Source: a virus (Duplodnaviria > Caudoviricetes). From it: 37,698 nt of DNA. Positions within the stretch are counted from its first letter, which is position 1. Each line of letters begins with the position of its first letter. Below are positions 1 to 7,939 of the stretch, piece after piece. The stretch is from the IMG/VR virus record IMGVR_UViG_3300028585_000048, positions 1 through 37,698 of that record; one strand, 5' to 3'. The translations under genes were made by a program, and so were the position numbers. The notes under the pieces are model-generated. The model ran no database searches. It saw only the letters and a list, made by a program, of their open reading frames with translations, and had not been told where the DNA came from.

Positions 1-30
1 TGCCGAGTTTCAGAAACTCAACGATGGTCG

Positions 31-840
31 TCATAGACGAACCACCAGCGATCCAATGAGACCAGCCAACGTCGCATCTGCTGCGCCTGCGTAGAACGCG
101 ATCCGGTCGCCAACGACAAGCGTGGTTCCCGTCAGCGCAAGAACGCCAGCCGTCTGTCCAGCTGGAAAAGTAACCGTGCCGCGTTGCGTGCCATTGATCT
201 TGAGGGAGAAGATAGCGTCCGCCGTGGGCGCTACATCAACGCCAAACATGCTGGCCGTGACGTCCATGGTGCCGCTTTGCGGAGTGACGCCGCCGCCAAT
301 GAGAGCGTTGGCGCTTGGCTTGCCGCTGACCACGATCTGAAGGCTGCGGACGTAACTTTCCTTGGGCAGCTTGCCTGTGAGATCCGCTACCGATGCAGCG
401 TCAATATTCGACCGAACGACGTTTCGCTGCGTGCTGGTGAGGGCTTGCGCGGCGTCGAAGCGAACGCGATTGCCTAGCGCAGTGGTCATCGTCTGAGCGA
501 ATTGCGGATCATTGTTGAGTGCGCTGGCTACTTCGGAGAATGCATTCAGGGTCTCGGGCGCGAGGTTACGCATATCAGTAACGGACGCCGTTAAGGCGTC
601 GACGCGGCTTGCTAGAGCGGTCAGCGTCGCCGGGTCGGCACTGTCGCCTTTTTCACCGCGAGGCCCTGCGGGGCCAGGCAAGCCTTGAATGCTATCGCCG
701 CGCTCGCCTTTGGGACCGCGAACGCCGGTGGCTTTGGCCGTCATTGTATTGACGGTCCGCGTGGTGACACGGAGCATTGTTGGTGCGCCCTTCTGGACGC
801 TCAGCCGGTGCTGCAACTTCTGGATGGTGATGCTGCTCAT
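31..840 (-). CDS. Collagen-repeat tail fibre-like protein
   Basis: G-X-Y repeats (GVRGPKGERGD, GLPGPAGPRGEKGD) plus the phage fibre motifs APETLNAFSEVASALNNDPQF and AQALTSTQRNVVRSNI. Confidence 0.75.
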   Translation of the reverse strand: MSSITIQKLQHRLSVQKGAPTMLRVTTRTVNTMTAKATGVRGPKGERGDSIQGLPGPAGPRGEKGDSADPATLTALASRVDALTASVTDMRNLAPETLNAFSEVASALNNDPQFAQTMTTALGNRVRFDAAQALTSTQRNVVRSNIDAASVADLTGKLPKESYVRSLQIVVSGKPSANALIGGGVTPQSGTMDVTASMFGVDVAPTADAIFSLKINGTQRGTVTFPAGQTAGVLALTGTTLVVGDRIAFYAGAADATLAGLIGSLVVRL

Positions 841-1190
841 CAGGGGTGCACCGATGGGGGAATGGCAAACCCTACGGCGGAGATTGTGGCCCCCGACGCA
901 AGAACATCGGGAACGCCATCGACTACCTCACGGATGATCCAGTCGTATTCCTTTTTGCCGAGCAGATTTGCATGGGCGGCCGTAAAAACGAACTTTACGA
1001 CGAACGGATCGAGTGGGTCCCGAGTTGGCGGGAGAGAGAAGAGGACATCGCCGTTGTCGCTGCCGACGTGCAACATCATATCCGTGTGGCTTAGATTGAC
1101 GAGGGAACCGCCCTCGTCCTGGTAGTCGAACTCCAGGACGAAGGTATCTGCCCTGTCGAGCGTGATGTTTCCGGTGACTTGATCCTGCAT
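840..1190 (-). CDS. Virion structural/adaptor protein (BppU N-terminal-like)
   Basis: Beta-rich pattern NITLDRADTF...NLS...YDW...SG; TGATG coupling to the fibre gene; preceded by the TAAGTA motif. Confidence 0.55.
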   Translation of the reverse strand: MQDQVTGNITLDRADTFVLEFDYQDEGGSLVNLSHTDMMLHVGSDNGDVLFSLPPTRDPLDPFVVKFVFTAAHANLLGKKEYDWIIREVVDGVPDVLASGATISAVGFAIPPSVHP

Positions 1191-1194
1191 CCAT

Positions 1195-1200
1195 TACTTA
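1195..1200 (-). promoter_or_regulatory. TAAGTA motif, 4 nt before ATG 1190 (leaderless type)
   Basis: Minus strand reads GCATAAGTA-ATGG-ATG; no SD. Confidence 0.7.
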
Positions 1201-1259
1201 TGCAGGTCGGATTGTGGCTCACCTTATCGCTATGGCCATAAGGAATCGTGATCATGGCA

Positions 1260-1424
1260 TCACCAGAGGGGGCGTTTTAAAAGGTGAAAGAGCGCTGGTC
1301 TCGAAGCCGTGGCCTTCAACCGAGTGATTTCCGCCTGCTGTTCGGCAAGTGCAAGTTGTAATCTTTCGAGGGCATCCAATGCATGTTGGGTCGCTTCCCT
1401 AAGGCTTTTCGTGGTGTCTTTCAT
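1260..1424 (-). CDS. Small coiled-coil protein, 54 aa (below ORF-track cutoff)
   Basis: Translated by hand as MKDTTKSLREATQHALDALERLQLALAEQQAEITRLK...; ATGA overlap with the upstream gene. Confidence 0.55.
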   Translation of the reverse strand: MKDTTKSLREATQHALDALERLQLALAEQQAEITRLKATASRPALFHLLKRPLW

Positions 1425-1690
1425 CGGCGGCCACCTCGCTTGGCGGCCTTCAATGCCTGCTGCTGGATAGTGGGCATCGCCGCCATAATCTGTTGAACGA
1501 CCTGCGCGCCATACTCGTCACTGGTCATATGCTGCGCCTCATCCAGGCGGACTTTGACGGTCCCAAGATCGGTTCTTATTTCGGCGATTGTCTGTGACTG
1601 CTCGTTTAATCGAGCAGTCAGGTGCGCGAGGATCATGTGGATAGGGTTGTTGGTGTCGTGCTGGTATTCGGGGCTTGATGGGTATTCCAC
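1421..1690 (-). CDS. Hypothetical coiled-coil protein
   Basis: GTG at 1690 with AAGGAG SD upstream; heptad pattern LTARLNEQSQTIAEIRTDL. Confidence 0.6.
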   Translation of the reverse strand: MEYPSSPEYQHDTNNPIHMILAHLTARLNEQSQTIAEIRTDLGTVKVRLDEAQHMTSDEYGAQVVQQIMAAMPTIQQQALKAAKRGGRR

Positions 1691-1709
1691 GGGAGTATTC
1701 TCCTTCGGG

Positions 1710-2240
1710 TTATTGGTCTGTGCGGAGGCCGCCGGCCGGATTGTAAAGGCGCCCGTCAAGCACCTTCTCCATGGGCCAGCCACGGTCGATCCGCTGGCGG
1801 ATGGTGGCTGCTTTGAGGTCGAGCTCTTTGGCCCAATCCACGACCGTCTGGCATTTGCCGTTCAGGTTTAGGAGCGGGCTGCGACCGCCGCGGCAGGAGA
1901 GGGCTTTTGGCTTGGCAACCCCCCATCCATAGTCTCGCAGATCAGCCCTTGGCTTGGGGCGGCGGTTGTTCTGCTGTTCTGATCGCGTCGCCCAACGAAC
2001 GTTGCCCGGCTCATAATTGCCGTCGTTGTTGATGCGATCGAGGCTGTGGTCGGGTGAGGGCCTTGGCCCGATGTGAATAAAGAACCTTGTGAAGCCCCTG
2101 ATAAGGTCGCGCCATTCCTGACAGACCTCGATACCTCGGCCACCGTAGTTGCCATAGTGGGGGTGTTTGTTGTTGTAGCACCTGTCAATCGCATGGCGTA
2201 GCGCGCAGCGTTCAGCGTGAAAGTCTCTTTGTAGGCTCAT
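1710..2240 (-). CDS. HNH homing-endonuclease-like protein with C-terminal DNA-binding domain
   Basis: YGGRGIEVCQEW and SLDRINNDGNYEPGNVRWAT motifs; C-terminal TVVDWAKELDL..TIRQRIDRGW; SD GAGGAG before ATG 2240. Confidence 0.88.
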   Translation of the reverse strand: MSLQRDFHAERCALRHAIDRCYNNKHPHYGNYGGRGIEVCQEWRDLIRGFTRFFIHIGPRPSPDHSLDRINNDGNYEPGNVRWATRSEQQNNRRPKPRADLRDYGWGVAKPKALSCRGGRSPLLNLNGKCQTVVDWAKELDLKAATIRQRIDRGWPMEKVLDGRLYNPAGGLRTDQ

Positions 2241-2272
2241 TCTCCTCACCCGATCTTTGTGGATTACAAAGA

Positions 2273-2278
2273 TACTTA
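2273..2278 (-). promoter_or_regulatory. TAAGTA motif inside an SD-sequestering hairpin upstream of the HNH gene
   Basis: Minus strand reads TTCTGACCCGATAAGTATCTTTGTAATCCACAAAGATCGGGTGAGGAGAATG. Confidence 0.65.
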
Positions 2279-2349
2279 TCGGGTCAGAAAGCCGGTAAAC
2301 TGCTGCTATAAAAGATTATGGTTGCTCGCCTGAGACCAGCGAACAAGAC

Positions 2350-3243
2350 TCAACGTTTCTTGTCCAATTCGATCCGGCGTCCGACGGCGATGTTCAGGTC
2401 ACCCCAATCGGGAGGAATTGCCTGAGTGCTTTTGGCATATGTTGGAAAATGTCCGCGCGCGGCATTCTCGGCAATTAATAGTCCACGTGAAATAGCCCGG
2501 CTAGTTACGATTTTGAGAGCGTTGCGATCCTCGAATTGCTCGTGAGGCACCAATTTCGCTTTAGCATCCAGTCTGGCGCTGTAGGTCGAACTTACCTTGG
2601 CATAAACGCCTATCCGCCACAGTGACATCTTAGTCGATTTCGCTTTCACCCAAACGCACATGAGGTATTTGAAGAGGCTCTTGCTATCTAATTTGCGGCT
2701 GGCCAAAATGTATTTTGGCGGATTACTTCCGGGGCCAGGGTGAGCCCCGGATTGCTCAGCCATCAGCGCTGCGACTTGCTGAGCGATTTGAGCTCTGGTT
2801 AGCCCAACTGGTATAGCTACAACCATCGCCGTAGGCTTGCCCTGTTCTTGCCACGGCCCATCGGCGTAGGCTTTGAAGTTGGTGACGAGCTTGTCGTTCT
2901 GATCCAGAGCGGTGTGTTGGAGGGAGCCCACGCTGGCAACGCGCGGCGTCGTGCCCTGATAACCAAAATAGTCGATCCCGGTTTTTAGCCACCATTCCTT
3001 GAATAGCAGCGAGCGAACGTCGCCTAGGTCGTCATAGACTGCTAGAACGCTGTCGAAATCCTCTGGCCTGCGCGCTTGATCAGCGGCCGTCCATGCTCCC
3101 GTGCGATATCGTCGGGCCAGTTCGTAGCTGGGGCTGATCTTCAGATACTCAAACCAAAGCAAAGCATACGCGGCGTCCGGTGCCTTCGCCCATGCGCTGC
3201 CACGGCGAAGCAAGCGGGGTTTCGATGCGGCGGTGATCTCCAA
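2350..3243 (-). CDS. Hypothetical protein, possible transcriptional regulator
   Basis: 297-aa ORF; LWFEYLKISPSY loosely resembles the DUF6499 WEFLRRNP-type motif; basic helical C-terminus; divergent from 3352. Confidence 0.55.
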   Translation of the reverse strand: MEITAASKPRLLRRGSAWAKAPDAAYALLWFEYLKISPSYELARRYRTGAWTAADQARRPEDFDSVLAVYDDLGDVRSLLFKEWWLKTGIDYFGYQGTTPRVASVGSLQHTALDQNDKLVTNFKAYADGPWQEQGKPTAMVVAIPVGLTRAQIAQQVAALMAEQSGAHPGPGSNPPKYILASRKLDSKSLFKYLMCVWVKAKSTKMSLWRIGVYAKVSSTYSARLDAKAKLVPHEQFEDRNALKIVTSRAISRGLLIAENAARGHFPTYAKSTQAIPPDWGDLNIAVGRRIELDKKR

Positions 3244-3247
3244 AGGT

Positions 3248-3293
3248 TATCTCGATCTCAGCATACCTATCTGGATAATCACATATCCGGATA
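3248..3293. promoter_or_regulatory. Tandem TATC-NN-GATA palindromes in a divergent intergenic region (operator-like)
   Basis: TATCTGGATA at 3268-3277, TATCCGGATA at 3284-3293, degenerate TATCTCGATC at 3248-3257. Confidence 0.45.
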
Positions 3294-3351
3294 ACCTCGA
3301 CCTATCAATTCCTCACCGGGACGCACCAACGCCTCCCCGAAAAAGAAGGAA

Positions 3352-5013
3352 TTGAACGAAATGACGATCAATAACGACAACGTGCTCACCGACGAGAGCT
3401 TCGCTCCAATTGCCACTGTTCCCAGCACCCTGACCGCCGACCAGCTTGTTGAGCTTCATGACGCGCAGCAGGATGAGGGCGCGGTTCATACCCAGGGCAC
3501 CGCCTACCAGCGCAGCCGCGCTTTGGCTTATCGCAACCGTCACCGGTTCGTCGCCAGCGTTTCGCCCGCCGCGCTTGCCTACCACGTTGAGAAGGTCATG
3601 GACTACAAGGTCGATGGCTTGCGCCTAACCGGCATCGACCGCGAATATCAGATTGCCGCAATGGGAATCTTGCAATTGGATGTTCTTCGCACCGTCACCA
3701 AATCGGACAAGGCCGACCAGAACAATCGCATCAGCGATCTTCGCCGCGCGCTGGAAAGCCTCAATCATTTCGCGTCTGCTATCGAAGACATGACCGACGA
3801 CGAATTCGTCACGTGGTTCGCATGGAAGGGTGGGCTGGACGGCATCCATCGCGAATTCCGTGCGGCAAATCCGGTCGAGGTCGAGCCAGTGCGGGATGAT
3901 AAGAAGATCAGGACCGCCATCGACGCCATGATCGCGAACTCTAATGCGGTCGAGGTCGACAACCCGGGTCTTGCGACAGGCATCCGCTTGTTTGTTGCTC
4001 GTGGCGAGGGCGGTAAGCTGCGGATGGTCCCGCTCGATGCGAGCGCAGATTTCATTGCCTCGCTTTCCGATCGTGCGCCTGATCCCATGACCAACACGCC
4101 ATCGCGCGTTGTGCTGTTCAGAGAATTGTTGCTGACGGCCTCGCGCATCGTTCCTGACGTGATGTCGGACGTTCCCAAGCGGCCATTGCGTCCAGGTGAG
4201 CAGGTCAGCGCGACGACTGAAATGCTGCCCGCAAACCACATCGTTTGTGTTCGTGGTGGGGTGTTCAGCATCGCGGTATCGAGGGTCGAAGACACAATCG
4301 TCGTAGAGGTGGAGCCTAGTGACGAGAAGCTTGCTCGCTACCTGGCTGGCGAGGGCTTCATCGACACGGTGACGCGCAAGAACATGCTGTCACGACTGGA
4401 GCCAACTTCGACCGCTGCGGGCTATACCGGCGTTACCGTGGCTGATGCCGAGAGCAAGAACGGTCCGGAGGTGCGCGTCTCTTTTGAGCGAGGCGAAAAT
4501 AAGGTTGATGGCCAGTTGATCGTGAAGACGATCAATCGAATGGGCGGCCTGCATACCTGGAGGGTCAAAGCCTTTAAGGCGACGGCATCCGCGACAATCG
4601 ATGCTGCGGGACGAAAGGCCTTTAACGAGCGCTTTCTTGCTCACGTGATTAAGGCCCGCGATGATCACGCCGTCAGCATAACCATCGACGCCAAGGGGCT
4701 TGGGTTTCAGCTAGGCAGCGCCAAGACAGCGACGGTCCCGATTATCGATACGTCAGGTGCGGAAACCGTTCGCGTCGCCAAGGCCGACTTCCTACGTGCG
4801 GTGAACGGCTTGCTCGCGCTGCCACTAAACGACGCGATCATCTGGTCAGTCGATCCTCGGGGCTTGCTCCGTATCGAAGCCTACACGGCATCCGCGACGT
4901 ATCGGGTCTTCGTTCAGCTTTTGCGTAAGGAGAAGGACCCGAAGGCACAGGTCCGGGAGCGAGCCATGCTCGACCGGATCGCCCGCCCTGACGCCGCTGC
5001 TGTTGCGGCCTGA
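3352..5013 (+). CDS. Hypothetical 553-aa protein (possible DNA-clamp-like C-terminal domains)
   Basis: Long ORF with AAGAAGGA SD; helical N-terminus and alternating beta/alpha C-terminus. The fold is inferred only. Confidence 0.75.
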   Translation: MNEMTINNDNVLTDESFAPIATVPSTLTADQLVELHDAQQDEGAVHTQGTAYQRSRALAYRNRHRFVASVSPAALAYHVEKVMDYKVDGLRLTGIDREYQIAAMGILQLDVLRTVTKSDKADQNNRISDLRRALESLNHFASAIEDMTDDEFVTWFAWKGGLDGIHREFRAANPVEVEPVRDDKKIRTAIDAMIANSNAVEVDNPGLATGIRLFVARGEGGKLRMVPLDASADFIASLSDRAPDPMTNTPSRVVLFRELLLTASRIVPDVMSDVPKRPLRPGEQVSATTEMLPANHIVCVRGGVFSIAVSRVEDTIVVEVEPSDEKLARYLAGEGFIDTVTRKNMLSRLEPTSTAAGYTGVTVADAESKNGPEVRVSFERGENKVDGQLIVKTINRMGGLHTWRVKAFKATASATIDAAGRKAFNERFLAHVIKARDDHAVSITIDAKGLGFQLGSAKTATVPIIDTSGAETVRVAKADFLRAVNGLLALPLNDAIIWSVDPRGLLRIEAYTASATYRVFVQLLRKEKDPKAQVRERAMLDRIARPDAAAVAA

Positions 5014-5021
5014 TCCAACCC

Positions 5022-5050
5022 ACGGGCTATCTAGATTTTAGATAGCCCGT
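5022..5050. repeat. Perfect 12-bp inverted repeat between the two + strand genes
   Basis: ACGGGCTATCTA-GATTT-TAGATAGCCCGT, with no U-tract. Confidence 0.7.
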
Positions 5051-5067
5051 CCATCGGGGAAATCATC

Positions 5068-6315
5068 ATGACGAACGATTACATCGCGCGGTCCGCGAAC
5101 CGCGCTCGCTATCTCTGTGCCGGTCAATCCAACCTGCACCGCGCACCCTTTCGCACCGGGCGGTTGCCAGACGCACTGGGCGGCTTTGCAGACCTCGACT
5201 TCATGGACAGCGGTAGTCCGCTCTTCACCTACAATATGGCGCTTTACAGCCCCGGTGCAGGCGTTGGCGTCGGTAACGAACGGCTCGCGCCTGGCGTTTT
5301 CACGCGCCGTCCCGGCAGCACGATCCTGACGGACAGCGGCGGCTATCAGTATGCTCGTGACAAGACAGGCCAGAAGTGGAGGGGTGAGGCTAGCCAACGC
5401 TGGTCGCTTCGCTTTGCGGAAGAGAACGGTGACGAAAGTATCGCGCTTGATATTCCCACCTTGGCGATCGGCTACAATCCTAGGTTTCCGACCTTTGATG
5501 CGTGCCTCGATCAGACGCTTGGTAATGCCCGTTACTGGCTGGCACATCGTCGAGCCAATACGCGGTTCCTTGCAGTCTTGCAGGGCCGCGATCGAGCAGA
5601 GGCGATGGCATGGCTGGCGGCGGCGAAAACCGTGCCGATGGAGGGCTGGTCTTTTGGCGGCACCATGCGAACAAACTATCTACACCTAGTCGAAGTGCTG
5701 CTCGATCTCCGCGCTGCAAAACTGCTGACGCCTGAGCGCAACCGCGTCCACGTTCTCGGCAACAGCACGCTCGTCCAGGCTGTCATGCTAAGCGCGATCC
5801 AGCGGAGCATGAGAATATTGCTGGAGGACGATACCTTTCTCATCACCTACGATACCGCATCGCCATCCCTGCTTGCCGTTTATGGCTTCGCGTATGGGCA
5901 TCCGCGCTTGAACAAGTCCGAGTTCAGTATGACGGAGTTCAAGCCGCCGTCGCTTCATGACAACGGCGAAGACCGGACGCCTTTTCCTCTTCGCGTCAGC
6001 GCGTTGGCGGATCGGCTCCGCATATGCGACTTTATTGATCCATCGCCCTCGCGGCAGAATGGGACCGACAGCCTCGGCAACATCCTGACTGTGCATCACA
6101 ACACGGAAGCCCTGTTGCGCGGCATCGATGAGGCAAACTCCGTCATGGAGTTGCCGCGCGGGTGGAAGGATGACTTGGCACCGCCGCATATTATCGCGGC
6201 CTATGAGGCACTGGCGTCGTTTCATGAGTATCCCCATGACCCGCTGGGACATTTGCAGATGTCCCGCGCAGCGTTCGCCGGAGCCAAGGCATACGCCCTA
6301 GAGCAGGGGCAATAG
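5068..6315 (+). CDS. TGT-fold guanine transglycosylase, DpdA/TgtA-like
   Basis: Ordered TGT-family motifs TDSGGYQ, ALDIP, AVLQG, GWSFGG, VHVLG, TYDTASP. Confidence 0.8.
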   Translation: MTNDYIARSANRARYLCAGQSNLHRAPFRTGRLPDALGGFADLDFMDSGSPLFTYNMALYSPGAGVGVGNERLAPGVFTRRPGSTILTDSGGYQYARDKTGQKWRGEASQRWSLRFAEENGDESIALDIPTLAIGYNPRFPTFDACLDQTLGNARYWLAHRRANTRFLAVLQGRDRAEAMAWLAAAKTVPMEGWSFGGTMRTNYLHLVEVLLDLRAAKLLTPERNRVHVLGNSTLVQAVMLSAIQRSMRILLEDDTFLITYDTASPSLLAVYGFAYGHPRLNKSEFSMTEFKPPSLHDNGEDRTPFPLRVSALADRLRICDFIDPSPSRQNGTDSLGNILTVHHNTEALLRGIDEANSVMELPRGWKDDLAPPHIIAAYEALASFHEYPHDPLGHLQMSRAAFAGAKAYALEQGQ

Positions 6316-6644
6316 GCTTGGGGGTTACCGCTTGTCCCCATGCCAGTGAAAGGCCCTGAGGGAGGGCCGTAGGGCTTTGCCGGATAGCATTCGTGGCAAT
6401 CTGTCCTACAGCCTTTTCCATGCGCTCGTTTTCCTCGGCGCAGCCATCCTTTCCTTTACACCTCCTGGGGACGAGCGGAGCGATAGCGTCGCAGACGATA
6501 AATCTGGCGTAAGCCAGGACGACTACCTGAGAAACAAGACGCTAGTGGTTGAGCCGATCTGAGCCACCGGAGGTGCGAAGAGCGCGCGAAACAGCGCAGC
6601 GTCGTGGATTGGTGATGATGTAAATGGAGGATCAATGGGGTGGC

Positions 6645-6668
6645 TATATTACTCTTCAGAGTAATATA
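6645..6668. repeat. AT-rich perfect palindrome in a non-coding region
   Basis: TATATTACTCT-TC-AGAGTAATATA. Confidence 0.7.
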
Positions 6669-6806
6669 TCTACTCTATTGGTTCGCCAATTATGTCGTCG
6701 CCGATCCGCGGTTTATATATAGAGAGAGTCCCGCGAATATAGACACGGCGGGCCGTCAGAGTGCATGTTAAACATATAGCGACACTTAACTGCGTTGCAG
6801 ACCCTC

Positions 6807-6938
6807 TAAATAGATCGGAGCAACGAGCACGACGTTATAGCGCCCAAAAAGTTTCAGTTTCCCATTGCAAGTGGGGATAATGCGGAACCCCCGGATTGGT
6901 CGTGCTCTCCGGGGGTTCTTTCTATTCGGAGCACGACA
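6807..6938 (+). promoter_or_regulatory. Structured leader: terminator-like hairpin whose loop is complementary to two flanking 9-mers
   Basis: GAGCACGAC at 6825-6833 and 6929-6937; GTCGTGCTC at 6899-6907 in the loop of the stem GAACCCCCGGA/TCCGGGGGTTC, followed by TTTCT. Confidence 0.6.
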
Positions 6939-7454
6939 ATGACATCTGACCAGCTAAGCCCTGCACTTTTGGGGTATCTGCGTTCCTGGTATGAAACGAC
7001 TGCCGCGAATAAACGCGATCAGGGGGTGATCGTTGAACTAACGCTCGAACAGTTCCTCGGGCTGTTCAGTAAGCGCCAGCTGCGAAGCCTTCAGAATTCA
7101 ATTGACACGAAACGTCTGCGCTACATGCAAGCTGTTGATAACATTTTTGCCTACGTCGCTACATGGAAGAGCTATGCTGCCTGCTCGTCGAATGTGTGGT
7201 CTGTCGACACCGCGCTTATCTGCTCGCGCAATAAGAGTGCTACCGTGAACTTGCCCCAAGCTGGCGATAAACTTCGGCCGGGTCATTGCGCTAACATCAG
7301 CAAGAGCCTGATCGGGCGCAGGTTAGAAGATGACCACAGAGCCAACATCAGCGAAGGTTGCAAGGGAGTTCCGAAGACACCGTGGACTGAGGAGCGTCGC
7401 GCGCGCATGTCTGCCCGTCGTCAGGTTGAGGAAGCTGCAAAGCAAAGGCCCTGA
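6939..7454 (+). CDS. NUMOD3-repeat DNA-binding protein with a degenerate HNH-like N-terminus
   Basis: HCANISKSLIG, HRANISEGCKG and WTEERRARMS repeats; GGAG SD. Confidence 0.7.
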   Translation: MTSDQLSPALLGYLRSWYETTAANKRDQGVIVELTLEQFLGLFSKRQLRSLQNSIDTKRLRYMQAVDNIFAYVATWKSYAACSSNVWSVDTALICSRNKSATVNLPQAGDKLRPGHCANISKSLIGRRLEDDHRANISEGCKGVPKTPWTEERRARMSARRQVEEAAKQRP

Positions 7455-7501
7455 TTAATCGTTCCCTTGGCGTAATCGTCGGATCTGGAGGAAGCGGTCG
7501 T

Positions 7502-7684
7502 TCAGAACACGGCGTGCTTTGCATAGACCAACACTGTAATGAGCGCTGATGGCCAACGAAGTCGCCACATTGCCAGAGCCGCCAAACCCATCCAGGGATG
7601 GCCGGAAGCCGTGAAAAGCCTCACAGTTTCCACCTCTGCGGACTGACTGGCCGGTGCGCGGGTTTGGGGTTTAGGCATGGGCAT
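7502..7684 (-). CDS. Small putative membrane protein
   Basis: 60 aa with a hydrophobic C-terminal half; AGGGGA upstream. Confidence 0.4.
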   Translation of the reverse strand: MPMPKPQTRAPASQSAEVETVRLFTASGHPWMGLAALAMWRLRWPSALITVLVYAKHAVF

Positions 7685-7939
7685 AACCTATTGTCCCCTG
7701 TCTCGAGTAAGAAACCAACCATGAACGGCGGCCATTTCCACCCGTCATCACGGCAATCGTCCACTGACGAGCCCCATAAGCCGCTATCTAATCTCAGGGC
7801 TCCGCTGGTGTGCGGACGACCGGAGCAGCCCTGCGCGACCCTAAGCGGGTAACTTTGGCTGTGCTAAGGGTCGCTGCGCCTATAGCGCCCCTTCGCAAAC
7901 ACCTTTATCCTCCCATAACAATCAGTGGGGGGGGCAGAT

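Noticed and set aside
6377-6562. 61-aa ORF
   Set aside because: TTG start, no clear SD and no motif; insufficient support.
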